Assembly: GCA_012295275.1 (NCBI GenBank)
Contig: CM022673.1
Span: 11,718,001 to 11,782,000 of the forward strand
Reading direction: 5' to 3'
Length of the DNA stretch: 64,000 bases
From: Chrysomallon squamiferum
Lineage: Eukaryota > Animalia > Mollusca
Positions 1 to 12,796 of the stretch are shown one piece after another; position 1 is the stretch's first letter, and every line of letters begins with the position of its first letter. The notes under the pieces are model-generated. The model did not search any database. It was not told the DNA's origin and saw only the letters and a list, made by a program, of their open reading frames with translations. Made by a program: the position numbers and the translations under genes.

Positions 1-46
1 CCACAAAGTTCAAGGACTTTCACTCCAATCTTCCTTTGTAATTCTC
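1..46 (-). CDS. C2CD5: C2CD5 coding exon 7, truncated by the window edge (ELQRKIGVKVLELC)
   Basis: poly-T + ccag acceptor at 47-49; matches the C2CD5 motif GELQRKIGxKVLE. Confidence 0.9.
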
Positions 47-1484
47 CTGGAAAAAAAAAAAAAAAAAAGGAAGTTGATTCCATATAAACTACATTTTAAT
101 TACAGTTTGGAATCAATGAATAATAAGAAAGGATTTATTAAAAATCCAGACAAGCTGCCACATACCTGATAGTTTTGAAAATAGTTTTTGTCGAGCCTCA
201 TTTGAAGCCCTTGGTGTACGAATCTTGTCAATCCACTGGTACTCGGGGTCGTCATTGACAACCAGCTCCTCTACAAAACCCTGGATACCAAGCAACTGAT
301 GATTGGCTGGTAACTCAGCAGCTGGAAACAAATGGAAAAAAACGAGAGATATGAATGAAAAAAAAAAATTGTTTTCTTTTTTCTTACTTTATTAATAACT
401 TATAACTTTATTAGTTCATATAAGTGTTACTTACAGCAGTACAGTCACTACAATTATATTATTATTACTTTTACTTATACTACTGCTGCTACTACTCTTT
501 TTAACATCATTAAACTATTATTAGTAACAACATTATTACTATTTTATTATTATTAAAGATTTTAAATTATAAAACAAAAAAATGCATTTAATGTTTTATA
601 TTTATATTTTCATGATCAATATTAAACATTAACAATTATGGAATTGAAATAATTATTATTAAGTACAAAAGCTGCATTTTCAAACCACAACACATACATA
701 TTGTTAACATAACATGTAAATAATAGCATTAACCTTTCAAGTAGAAAATGTTTGCAGATAAAGTTAAAAAGTTTGTTACACAAGTGACTCACTGCAGAAA
801 AACTGAATTCCACAAGACGACTGTTTGAATCTGTTGAAATCAGTGAAAAGTTCAACTTTGACCAACACATTTAGTTCTCCTCTGACACCTGCAAAATATC
901 AAACATCTCTTTAGACAATCACTCATTATCTGAATAATTCTTATTTAGTTTTCTTCATTACTCAATCACTCGCAATCATCTGGATAATAACTGAAAAAGA
1001 GAAATAAAATTTTGGTTTAAAAATAAAGAGATAAAAGGCACCAACCATGCATTGTGTCATATATTGGAAACCAGCCACTAATGAGATGCGGGTCAGTTCG
1101 GGTCAGGAGAGGTTTGAGATCAATGTACACTTTTCCTATGACATCGTGAGCAGAATATGTATCATAGTCCAATACCCTGAAATATTTTGATATATTATGA
1201 ATGTAATAATAACAAATTGTAACATTATGTCTGTATGTTTGAGTATTTATGAATTTACGTAAAATGTCTCTCAATTTTGAATCATGGTATATGAATAAAT
1301 ATTCCCTTTGAATAGTAGTATCATCTGGCAAGTCTGTTATTAATGATAATATGTTATAAAAAGAATGAACACAGTGGCTGTAGACATGAGAAAGATATCA
1401 TTTATTTATTAATAGCAAGAGTTAAGATCCATTACTCTGTAAATTGTTTCAAGCTGTTATAAAGTGCTTGCATTTTAAATATAT

Positions 1485-1561
<77 letters not shown>

Positions 1562-2369
1562 GTGAGTGAGTGGAGAGTGTGTGTTTTCTAAATTGTTTAT
1601 TTACCGTAATTCAAGGGATTCATCTTGCAGTACTTCGTCATCAACCTAAAAAACAGTTATATAAGATTAATTGATCTCTTAAGCAGTAGTCTGTAATAGT
1701 AATAACAGAGAAGTTTTGTTAATGAACAATCAATAAAAAGACAATAAAAAAAATGTTAAAATTAATAGAATAAAAATGTGTATTTAATTTAAAAATGGAT
1801 ATAAAAGAGATTTAACTTCTTTGTTTAAACTGTTCTTAATTAAAAAAAACAAATTTCAGTAACATCTGTCATTGGTCTTTATAAACATTTGAATCATTTT
1901 TATGTACTTACATATGCATGCATCCACAGAGATCTTGATTTAAATTTTAAAACTTACAATTAGTTGAAAAGTTACCTTTTTCATCATATTTTAAATTTTC
2001 TTAGAGAAAAATCATTAAAATAATGTTCTTTTCATTTTTTATGACATGTTTTAAGTAATGAAAAATTCAAGATATAAATACCAGTTTAAAAATCTTTTTT
2101 TATTTAAATGTTAAATGTTAGGCAATTTTGTTTTTCATAAGTGGAATAAATGTTTTGAAAAAACTCACCTCAAATTTAAACCAGTCTGAACTCCACTGTG
2201 GATTCAGTGACTTTCGAAACACATCTGTTTTGTATGTTTCATTTGCATATCTCACCTGAAATTCATTTTGAACATCTTTTAAATATACTTCAAATTACAC
2301 AGTAAAACATAATTCTGACTGACAAAGAATAAATGGATCATACTTTTAAGACAATAATTTGCTGGTAAT

Positions 2370-2431
<62 letters not shown>

Positions 2432-2742
2432 CATACACATATGCAGTGAACCAAAGTTTTGAGACAGCACTTAGGAATACACAGAAAGTGAAAGAAAGAT
2501 ATATACAAATACACACACAGAGTACTGGATTCATCTGTATATCATAGTTTTAACACCATGGACCTATCATGAAATTCTCTATATATTTTATACATAATAT
2601 TTGACGCAGCTGTGTACTCTGTACATGTGTATGAAAACTGTTGATTTATTACCTCAACAAATGCATCAGTGAGATCACTGGCTCTGTCCATTACAGGCAA
2701 GTTGCGAGCAGCAACAATTTTGATTTTTACTTTTCCAGGCAT
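1..2742 (-). CDS. C2CD5: C2 domain-containing protein 5, 5' part (partial; continues beyond the left edge). Coding exons 2653-2742, 2169-2255, 1605-1645, 1046-1176, 793-888, 166-321, 1-46
   Basis: GT-AG exons join in frame to MPGKVKIKIVAARNLPVMDRASDLTDAFVE|VRYANETYKTDVFRKSLNPQWSSDWFKFE|VDDEVLQDESLELR|VLDYDTYSAHDVIGKVYIDL...GWFPIYDTMHG|VRGELNVLVKVELFTDFNRFKQSSCGIQFFC|T...GFVEELVVNDDPEYQWIDKIRTPRASNEARQKLFSKLSG|ELQRKIGVKVLELC, which I recognise as the conserved C2CD5/KIAA0528 N-terminus. Confidence 0.95.
166..321 (-). CDS. C2CD5: C2CD5 coding exon 6 (AELPANH...KLSG)
   Basis: tttccag acceptor, CAG|gtatgt donor, 156 nt, conserved GFVEELVVNDDPEYQWIDKIRTPRASNEARQ. Confidence 0.93.
793..888 (-). 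CDS. C2CD5: C2CD5 coding exon 5 (VRGELNV...GIQFFC)
   Basis: tttgcag acceptor, A|gtgagt donor, 96 nt. Confidence 0.92.
1046..1176 (-). CDS. C2CD5: C2CD5 coding exon 4 (VLDYDTYSAHD...IYDTMHG)
   Basis: tttcag acceptor, G|gttggt donor, 131 nt, C2 Ca-loop DYDTYSAHD. Confidence 0.92.
1489..1558. repeat. (AG)n microsatellite
   Basis: Direct reading; C2CD5 intron. Confidence 0.95.
1605..1645 (-). CDS. C2CD5: C2CD5 coding exon 3 (VDDEVLQDESLELR)
   Basis: ttttag acceptor, CG|gtaaat donor, 41 nt, phase consistent with neighbours. Confidence 0.9.
2169..2255 (-). CDS. C2CD5: C2CD5 coding exon 2 (VRYANET...WFKFE)
   Basis: tttcag acceptor, GAG|gtgagt donor, 87 nt, C2 motif KSLNPQW. Confidence 0.93.
2374..2428. 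repeat. (AC)n microsatellite
   Basis: Direct reading; C2CD5 intron. Confidence 0.95.
2653..2742 (-). CDS. C2CD5: C2CD5 coding exon 1 (MPGKVK...DAFVE)
   Basis: tttcttcag|ATG acceptor directly before the start codon; GAG|gtaata donor; 90 nt. Confidence 0.93.
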
Positions 2743-2907
2743 CTGAAGAAAGAAAAACAGGTGCTTTTCTGTTGTTGTTATTTTTCTTCATTACATCTGT
2801 TATATTATATTAATGTTATATATTATTGTTACAACTTTTATATTTTAAATATGAGGTTATATAAATTACTGCAGATCAGAAACAAAAATAAAGTGTATGA
2901 AATAAAT

Positions 2908-2961
<54 letters not shown>

Positions 2962-3240
2962 CTGATTAATTTTTGGTCAACATTTATAGTAGAAATCAAA
3001 TTAAGATGATTCTGAATAATTCAAATTTGCCATTGCTTAAACTATTATGTGCATTGTATATTAATTTACATAAATAAATAATATTCAAATAAATATTATT
3101 CAAATAACTATCAACAGAAAAATTCAGTAAAGGCAGTTAGGAATTTAATAATTATTAAGATTAATTACTAAATAATTTAGTAAATTAGTAATTCATTTTT
3201 AATATAAATTATATATATATTTTCTATTTTATTTACTTAC

Positions 3241-4036
3241 GTCGCGGACTATTCATATAAAACTGTTAACAAATGATCAGTGAAGAAAGATATTCTGTAA
3301 CAGAAAACATTATCAAATGTCTGCAAACAGCTAATTAATATCCATTTACAAGCAACATCAACTGCATTAAACGATTAGCTCATGGAAAGGGAAATAATCA
3401 TCAACCATTAATATTCTTTTCTAAAATTCCACCATTTTGTCAGGGCACTTCTACGAAAAAGATGTATAATAAAAAAAAAAAAAAAAAAAAATAATAATAA
3501 TAATAATAAAACCCATGAAAAGTGAATTAAGGACTAAGAAAGTTAAAAAGTTTTATATTTATTTAAGTTGTGAACATTTTATGATATCCTAAATGTGGAC
3601 CATGGTATATAAAAGCTTATATATAAATAAGTAGAACGATTTTAAAGATCTGTTATTTAAAGAAACAATATCATGAATAATAATAATATATTAATCTCAT
3701 TGATTATATAAAAAAGGAAAACACACAGAAAAAAGTAACTTGTTAATTATATCACTGAACACAAATTTTATCCTTAAACTGCATTTAAATATATTTTCAT
3801 TTCACTATGGAGATGAAAGTATTTTATATTTGTTCTGAATTTACTGATTAAGTATAAATATTACATTTTTAAATCAACGTAAAGTATATAAACGATTATA
3901 TTTCCACAAATAAATGGATAATAATAATAATAATAATAGCTACAGAAACAGTGTTCCGTCTTTTTACGGGTACCAAATAACTGAAGGGAACATTTATTCG
4001 AGTCACCGCCAACGGTAACATGTTGCGTAAACGAAG
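3241..4036. promoter_or_regulatory. Probable bidirectional promoter region with non-coding first exons of C2CD5 (-) and the ASB-like gene (+)
   Basis: Minus-strand donor GAC|gtaagt at 3240, YY1-like AAAATGGTGG (-) near 3430-3440, plus-strand donor AAG|gtaagt at 4037; the two genes diverge from this interval. Confidence 0.45.
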
Positions 4037-4974
4037 GTAAGTTTTGTGATATCAGGATTGTTCACTCAGGCGTTACAAAATGAAAATGGAAACTGTTATA
4101 TTTTTTCCTTTGTCACAAACATGCTCTGGAAATAGAAGAAAGATATATCGTGAAAATGGTATTCCACGGTTTTGTTTTCATTGGAAACAGCCTGAACTAA
4201 CGAAGTGACCTTGGAAGTTGCTGATAGTTCAGTTACTCGTTCAAAAAGTTCCCTGTTACAATTACAGAGCTATATTTATAGATGCACCGGTGACTAGCTT
4301 TGCGCCTCGAGCTGAAGGAAATACAAAATGGCAAAGAGGCATTAATCAATAAAAAGAAACTTCAAAGGATGCAACTAGTTTTGCAGCAAAGCAGTATTTT
4401 TGTAATGAAATAATTATCTATTTGCTTGAAAGATAAGTGTAGTACAGTCAAGTAAGTTCTTGAATTAATCAGCATATTGGTAAGATTACTTGATAACGAG
4501 AGGTGTTATTAATCTATTTCTAGCATTATATCTCAATTATTAATAACTGCAGACAACATAATTTGATGTTGAGAACAAACTGAATCGTGTCTTCCTAATT
4601 TCTCAGTCGTATATAAAATAAAAGGGAAAACAACCAGGCTACGGCATTTAACAGGTGAATGGCTTCAACGGATTGTTACCTACATCGTTAATGTGTTTTA
4701 GTATTCAAAATTGGTGATAAAACGAAATCGCAGTCAAACGAAGGCAACGATCATCATTCGAAAATATTAGTTAGGAACTACAACTAAACAAAACAAAACA
4801 AAAACAAAAACCAAGAAAGAAGGAAAGAAAAAAAGTGATTGATATTATCAGGTTTTGATTGAAAATATCCATCAAAAATGAATGGACATGGATATCGTCA
4901 TGATCTGTTACCGTAAATAATTTTTGGCTTTCTTAATAAAATCGAGCTGATGAGGCACATCACAAGCAGAAGTC

Positions 4975-5979
4975 ATGACGTATTATGAGGAAGACCTGTA
5001 CCGCGTGCTAACGAGCGGATCAAGAAGCAAACTGGACAGTTACATCAAGCACGGGCTGGACGTGGACCACGTTTTCAGTGGAACTCAAAATCAGGAGTGT
5101 CTCGGTCGAACGCTCGTCGAGGTGGCAGTGCTGTCGTCGCAGCTGGAGATGGTGCAGATGCTGATAAAAGCGGGATGTAACGTAAACTTAAAGTTCGTTG
5201 TGAACATCGATAACTATGAATGCAAGATTTGCGAGTACACGAAAAAGGATAGACTGAAACTGTCGTGCATTTACCCGTGCATTGTGAAAGGTAATCTGGA
5301 GATGATTAAACTTCTGGTGAAAGGAAACTTTGATGTGAACATTTACGACGACAGGGGCTGCACTGCTCTGTGGCACGCCGTGGACCTTGATAACTATAAT
5401 ATTGTGAGGGCGATGATGATGTCGTCTAAGTGCGATGTTAACGTCGCTGACGTTACCATGTTGAGACCGATTCATGTAGCAGCAATGCATGGTAATGCTC
5501 GAATTGTCTCCCTTCTTATTCGACATGGCGCTGACGTAGATGCCGTTCAGCTGAGAGGATCGTCAGCGCTAGTTCTCGCCGTGCGTGCCGGTTGCTATGA
5601 GACCACACGTCTGCTTGTTTTGAACGGCGCGGACGTCAGCAGAGTAGGATACAACGGACACACGCCCCTGTCCACAGCTCTTCAGTGCTGTTACGACAGG
5701 AGTATATTTAATCTACTCGTGGAAGCTGGGGCCTACGTAAGTCCGAGTCTGCTGGCCAAGTTCAAGAAGGAGAAGCTGAGAATAGCCAAAGACTTCCCAG
5801 ACGTTGTTAGCGACATAAAAATTCTGGCCGGCTGCCCGCGCTCTCTGAAAATGTTCTGCTGTCTTACGGTTCGAAAAGCCATCCTGTCTTCCAAGCCAGA
5901 CGTGCCGCTTGTGAAAAAGATCTACAGTTTACCGTTGCCTACCGTTGTCAAGGAATGTTTGCTTCTTAGGCAAGTTTAG
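4975..5979 (+). CDS. Ankyrin repeat and SOCS box-containing (ASB-like) protein, 334 aa, intronless CDS
   Basis: About 6-7 ankyrin repeats (GCTALWHAV, RPIHVAAMHGN, GSSALVLAVRAG, GHTPLSTAL; GADVD/GADVS turns); C-terminal BC box PRSLKMFCCLTVRKAI and Cul5 box LPLPTVVKECLL; GC3-rich codons. Confidence 0.93.
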   Translation: MTYYEEDLYRVLTSGSRSKLDSYIKHGLDVDHVFSGTQNQECLGRTLVEVAVLSSQLEMVQMLIKAGCNVNLKFVVNIDNYECKICEYTKKDRLKLSCIYPCIVKGNLEMIKLLVKGNFDVNIYDDRGCTALWHAVDLDNYNIVRAMMMSSKCDVNVADVTMLRPIHVAAMHGNARIVSLLIRHGADVDAVQLRGSSALVLAVRAGCYETTRLLVLNGADVSRVGYNGHTPLSTALQCCYDRSIFNLLVEAGAYVSPSLLAKFKKEKLRIAKDFPDVVSDIKILAGCPRSLKMFCCLTVRKAILSSKPDVPLVKKIYSLPLPTVVKECLLLRQV

Positions 5980-6929
5980 CTTGCGAATGTGATATACTTA
6001 ATACTTTTAAACAGATAAGTTCCTGAAAATAAGAAGAATAAGAAAAGCATGAAGTTGTGTACTTTTAATGGTGTGAATTGTTTTTCAGATGAATTCTTAA
6101 AGCAGCTGTAACAAGTCTTAAAATCGTGGCCTTCTAAATAATGTAATTTATTTTATGTTTCAAAGCTCATAATTTTAATGACATTTTAATGCTCATCTGT
6201 ATTTGTCTGTGTTCTTTAAAAACTATCTTGAGTGAAGATTACATAATATATATTTTATATTTATAATTTTTTTAAATTGACCACTTTATTATACTTATAA
6301 TCATAAAATATTCTGTTTAATACTTAAGTATGTGCCCTTTGCATATATTTATATCGAAAGAAGCCACCACATTAATGCCGGGATATATTTATTGCCTATT
6401 TAATAGCTGATGAATCATTCCCTCACATATTTAGCTGAAGAAAGTTAATAAGTGTTATTCATAACGTTTGGAAGCCACAAAGAAAGGAAAAAAAGAGTAC
6501 ATTTATAGCACAAATGCCAGAGAAAGAGAGAAAAAAAGAAGAAAGAAATTAAAAAGTTATTGTTGAATTATAACGTTCTGTATTTAAAAATATTATATTT
6601 ATTTAATTATTTATAAATTCTAGATTAACCTAAATTAACATTGTATACAAATAAGCATTTGCACGTAGTCTAAAGTGAATTAATTATTTTACTGTTTGTC
6701 TAAAAAGAATTTTTACATTTATATTTCGGATGTTATTTTTCTTTTGTTAGTATCTAATCTCATCTCTTCACTTCACATAAACCTTCCTGAAGTTGTTAAA
6801 ATGTTTGGATTTTAATAAAATGTTCTGCTTGTTTTAATGTCACCGTTTGTCGTTGTTTTTCCATTTTCTTTTTCCTTTTCTTTTTTCTCTTTGTCTCTGT
6901 ATTTATCTTTCACACATCTGAATACCTCC

Positions 6930-7040
<111 letters not shown>

Positions 7041-8559
7041 GTACAAACTCGCACATACACATTTGCAAGATTAAACAAAACAACAAAGGGTAGCAACAAT
7101 AAAGACTGAAAAAAAGTATATGGTAATGATTATGATGATGATGATAATGATTATAATTATATGAGAAAGAGAAATCAAGAAAAAAACAACAAGAAGAGGC
7201 AATAATAAAGTTAAAAAAAAAAAAAAAAAAAAAAACAAAAAAAAAAAACAACATCACCATAAAACCTAACCGTCAGCTAATAAGAAAACGACAAACGAAA
7301 AAAATATAACAAAGAAGAACCTCAAAATCCATTTATCACGGCCGCTCGAAAAAAAAAAGAGAAGGATATTGTATCATGTATAGAGATTGCACACACAGGA
7401 AAATAAGTGGAAAAAAAAAGAAGCTATTTTTACACAATTTGCGTGCTTAAACTATTAAAAGTTAAACTGATGTGTATTTCTCTGCTCTCTAAATAACCAA
7501 CAGTGCTCATAGATCAGAGAAATGCTTCGTATTGTTTAATAAGTATGCAAGTTTCAAGACGGGAATGGATTTCACCTTGCATTTTCTTACGTGCTGATAT
7601 GTAAAATATTACAAGCAAGCTTAATAGGTCCGTAGTGTAATATATTTCTTTTTGCTATGAATAACCGCAATAATAAATATTGATGTAATTAAAATGTCAA
7701 CTTCAAATCGGAATTGTATAATAATATTTTAAAAATATAAATGCATGTAGGCTACTCCTTGTATAAGTGAACACTATCACTTTACAAAAATGTATTTATT
7801 TATTTATTTATTTATTAGACATTTGGTCTGATACGAATTTAGCTATGTTCATGAATTTGACACATTCTCATCGACTTGTTTTATAGTATGTTTCGTGTCA
7901 TCCAGTCCACCCATAGGAATTATATATATATATATATATAAAAACAAACAAGCAAACAAAATCAAATAAATCAATACATATATTATGAAATATAAATAAA
8001 TGCAGTGTTTGGAACCCACGGTTGAATGTAATTTGGATAAAACGTCTTAAATCGCAAGATGAGTTCATCTCGTTGTGGCCACAGTGATGTTTGCCACTGC
8101 GGCCACTGCTCCGTAATTATTATTCAAATAGTGTGGCTTATATGTTTTCCTGTATACGGGTAGGTGAATATGGAAGAACCTTTTTGCTATAGTCAATGAA
8201 ATTGTTGGCATGAATTTTCTTCTCTGAGACATCCCCTTAAAATGTCCGTTAAAAAAAAAAAAAAAAAAAAATAAAATAAAATAAAATAAATAAAATGAAG
8301 AAGAAGAAGAAGAAGAAAAGGGTAACGAATAATTATTACATTTAATAAAAACTAAACTGCTAAATGCGATATCATTTAACAAATGGTAATTTATTCATTC
8401 TAGAAAGCATTTTATATTTGTGTCCGTAAATATATTCAGTATTCATCGGCTTGTAATGTTTCACATCGTGACTAAATTTAAAAATCCGGGTTTGAATGTT
8501 GTATTCTGTTGACACGTATTCTGTATTCAAGCAGTGTTTCCATTTTACGTGCTACCTTC

Positions 8560-8880
8560 TCGAGTCACACCTATTTTTATCAGACGAGTTATCTTTGATT
8601 TACGAACCTTCTTTTCGAGAGAGTCCGGAAAGGCGCGCAGGTGTGTTTTGACAATTTGCAATTACAGGTAAGCTGCTGTTATTAACGTAAGTATGTGTGA
8701 TCATCGTTATGTAATCGTCTTGATGAAACGCCAGGACTTATTTAATTAGTTTAATCTTTTATTCCACGTTAGCTTGAGGATAATGTCTTTGGAAAAAGTG
8801 AAAAACTTAACACCACGGGCATTTAAATTTTAATGATTCAAATGTACTGGTCGTGAGGTAGCTAAAATGGCGTCTGTTTA
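8560..8880 (+). promoter_or_regulatory. Probable promoter / non-coding first exon of the tetraspanin
   Basis: CpG-rich patch, donors CAG|gtaagc (8668) and AAC|gtaagt (~8687), YY1-type AAAATGGCG near 8864; the next acceptor ttttcag at 10154 precedes the ATG exon. Confidence 0.45.
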
Positions 8881-9315
8881 GTGTTGTTGAGTTTTGGCTG
8901 AATCGTGAGTCGTTTGAAGTAGGATTCATCCTAAATATTCATAATTTATTCAAAAAATATATTTTAATAATAATCATTTTATTTTAAAATTTAATTTTTA
9001 TTCGTCACAGATAATAAATAACAGTGGATATTTTTGTTTTATGTCGTAACAAAATTAATAAATATTTTTGAATACGAAATTAAGAATCCAGATCGGTTTG
9101 CTGGAGACTGCAAAGTTTAGGCTTGTGTGGTGTTACTAATTCATTCTTCTTAGAATTGCTGCCACTTTCAAAACAATGTGACTCGTCAGACTGTAGCATG
9201 GTTCACTGAATAGCCTGGTTAACAACACACCTGTGTCTGATACGTTTTAATTTGTTATGTTATATCAGTCATAGTTTATATTCAGAAGCAATTTAGTGTA
9301 ATTAAAATTAACTTA

Positions 9316-9372
<57 letters not shown>

Positions 9373-10211
9373 ATTAACACAGTAATTTATTATTATGGTG
9401 TCATTGCTATAAATAACATTATTGTGTAATGGTAATTTATTTTCAGAAGCAATATCACATAATGTATTATAAATAACTTTAAAAAAGAAATCATTTAAGA
9501 AACAAACAGACTAAGTCATGAGAAAAAAGTACAAGTAATATATATATATATATATATTAGAATTCTCTAGGAGAATAGACAGGAACGTGTAGGTGATGTT
9601 TATACTGCTTATGTCACAGAACAATTCACAAATCCTTGTTATAGGCATGATCAATACATTTTCTTATTCAAGACTGAAGAAAGAAAAGTATAGGTGATAC
9701 GTACATTCAGCTTACATCAGGAAATTCTTCATGCATGCTAGGACATCTAGTTCTGTCAGGTTGCTGTGAAATGTAATTAAAAGATTTCAGCATCTACTGA
9801 TACACAGATTCGACCACAAATAAAGCTGATGAGCAAAAGTTTGAATGTGTTTGTGTGAGAAATTGAAAATGAAAGGATTCAGATTAGCATAAAGGTTTAT
9901 TGTAATTTATTGAAATTTAGAATCATTAATCCATCAGTTATCATTTTGTTATTACTCTTATTATTGATTGTATTTTTATGGTTGTTTTATTACAATTATT
10001 ATCACTTGTATTGTTACAATAGTCATTATTATTCATTATTATCATAATTATTATTTTTTGTTATTCTTTCTTATTTTAGAATCATCATCAATGTCATCAT
10101 CATTATTATTATTATTATTGGACAGCTTTAATTTAAGATAAAATTGTTTTTCAGAATTTAAAACAAATGACAGATCCTTGATTCAGAACAGATCCACCAG
10201 TTTCAACAAAC

Positions 10212-10271
10212 ATGGCTTGCAGTTTTAAGCTTATCAAATTTTTCCTGGTTCTTTTTAATGCAGCATTTGTT
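10212..10271 (+). CDS. Tetraspanin coding exon 1 (MACSFKLIKFFLVLFNAAFV)
   Basis: aaacATGG Kozak context, GTT|gtaagt donor. Confidence 0.9.
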
Positions 10272-11052
10272 GTAAGTATTAAAATAAATATTTTATTATG
10301 AAACAGCTGTGTGCATTCTGTTATAAGATATTGCAGATGTGACCTTGAATAATTTAATAATAAAACCCCATCTTTATGTTTATATAATTTAAAAAGGTCT
10401 TCTTTATAATTATTATTATTATTTTTCTTTATGGAATTAATTATTAATTATTTGCTATTTAATGTATTGCATATGTTTTAAAGCTTAATTTTTGGCTTCA
10501 TCATGATGAAAAAAAGTCAAATATATATTAGACTGAGTAACTCTTAATATTAAAACACATGTTTATAAGTTGTTATTAATATTAAAATGTATGTTGATGA
10601 ATAATTATTAATAATAAAACATACATTGATGGGCAATTCTGTTTTATATTTTATTTAGATCATAGGATTAACAGTTGCTGCAATAGCAATATGGAGTATT
10701 GTCTCAAAAATTTATGTGTCGGACATTATTGGAACCAGCCTGTTCAGTGTGGCCTCCTATTTCATGATTCTAGCTGGAGTGATTATCTTAGTGGCATCAG
10801 TGTTAGGTTTTCTGGCTGCAACTAAACATAACAAGTTGTTTCTCATTATTGTAAGTGTTGTGTCAGTTTGTTGTCAAAAGGTTTAGAACTTTTAAGTTTT
10901 ATGTATATATATATATATATATATATATCTATATATATATATATATTAATTAATGTTTTTATGTTGAGAGCAGTTTTAATTTTTACAGTTTCATATTTCT
11001 GTATGTTGGTGTAGTTAGCTCTCTCTCACTCTCTAAAACATATATATGTGTG

Positions 11053-11091
<39 letters not shown>

Positions 11092-11161
11092 ATATATGTA
11101 TGGATATATGTGTCTGTATACATACATAAATGTGTTTGTATATATATATATATATACATAC

Positions 11162-11239
<78 letters not shown>

Positions 11240-12753
11240 GTATAAATATACATACATTCATATACATGCAAAATGATACATAAATATATTCATGCATACA
11301 TCCATACATTCACAAATGCACATACACACATAAATAAAACATATCACAAATGTACAGTATATATTCATGGTTCATTCATGGGTTAGGCTCTTAACCCTAT
11401 CGCATCATACCAGGCTAGCGTCATAACGTCATAAAACAAATGCTCAGTAAACCGGGTTTTGTAGGTCATAGATATATTAAGTGCCTGAAGAGTAGGAATA
11501 ATTACCTAAAGTGCTGTAAAGCATAAGCTGTGCCATACTGTACATTAGTGTTTCATCATCAATTTCTGCAAATTTCATCATCATTTTATTATTATTCATT
11601 ATTGGTGACAAAAACAACATCAAATTTTTTCAATTATTATTGCAATAAGTACGTATTTTTTTATAAATGCATACACTGTATGTACAGTGCATATTTTTTG
11701 TGACCGTGTTGTTTTTAATTGCATATTATTACTGAATTGTATTATTATTACCTGAACTGTGCTGTTGTATTTATCTGTCTGTTTGCCTTTTGAATTTGTT
11801 CCACTTTCTGTCAATTCTAATACATTTTGTAATGCATTGACTTTACAGTACAGTCTGTATGGGTAACTATGCTATGCGGTGTTACTGTCCTCCTGCACTT
11901 ATGTTTCTTTCTGATTAAAATATTGTTTCAGTACAAAATTAAAATGTGTTTACTTTCATTACTACATTAGTTTTTTACTACATTATTACTGTATTAATGA
12001 GTAAGAGTGTCTTTAGAAAGTGATGGGAAGCATTTAGTACCATATATAATCTCATAATAGACGTTTTAAAACTGCATCCAATATTCAAAGGATTCATGGG
12101 GGTAAAGAACATAACCCCCTGCTGAATAACAGTACTGTATTTGTGTTTTTGAATTTCAAATTAAACATTATGTCACAAAAAACATTCTTAACAATTGTTT
12201 GTTGTTTTAAATGATGTTAGCTGAGGAGTTAATATATCTGTTTGTTGTTTTTTTGTATTTCAGTATTTCATTGTTCTTCTAGTCATCTTTCTTTTTCTGA
12301 TTGTTGGTGCTGCCATGGCTGTGGCCTTCAAAGGAGAGGTCAGTGTTTTGAAAGTCTTTACCTTCATTAAGTGAAATCATTCTAATTCTTATCGGTCTCA
12401 AGAGCTGGATAAATATCAGTGAAATTTTTTTTTTTTTTTTTTTTAAATTAATCATATTCTTTCCAGTATGTATATATGTATTAACCTGCTGTGTTCATGC
12501 ACTGCAGGACAAATAAAACTTGCTAATTAACTATGTTATTTGATAATTTTAGCGAAAGAAAAAGAAAACAGACAAAAATGTTTTGGAAATTAAATTATTT
12601 TATTTATGACTCCCAGTTTGTTGCTTGTTTTTATTGTTGCTATTGTTTGTATTAAATTATTATTGTTATTGTTGTTATTATCAATTATAATTTTCATGGT
12701 TTGTGGTGTTGTTGTTATTATTAATATGATGATGATTTTTTGATGTTATTCTG

Positions 12754-12796
<43 letters not shown>

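Noticed and set aside
5188-5526. Antisense or alternate-frame ORFs over real CDSs (also 22121-22438, 22356-22550, 47137-47412, 58189-58389)
   Set aside because: Shadows of GC3-rich coding sequence; no independent motifs
4975-5979. ASB-like gene nested in a long first intron of C2CD5
   Set aside because: A strong minus-strand donor and promoter-like motifs at 3240-3450 explain the C2CD5 5' end without spanning the ASB gene; not excluded without transcript data
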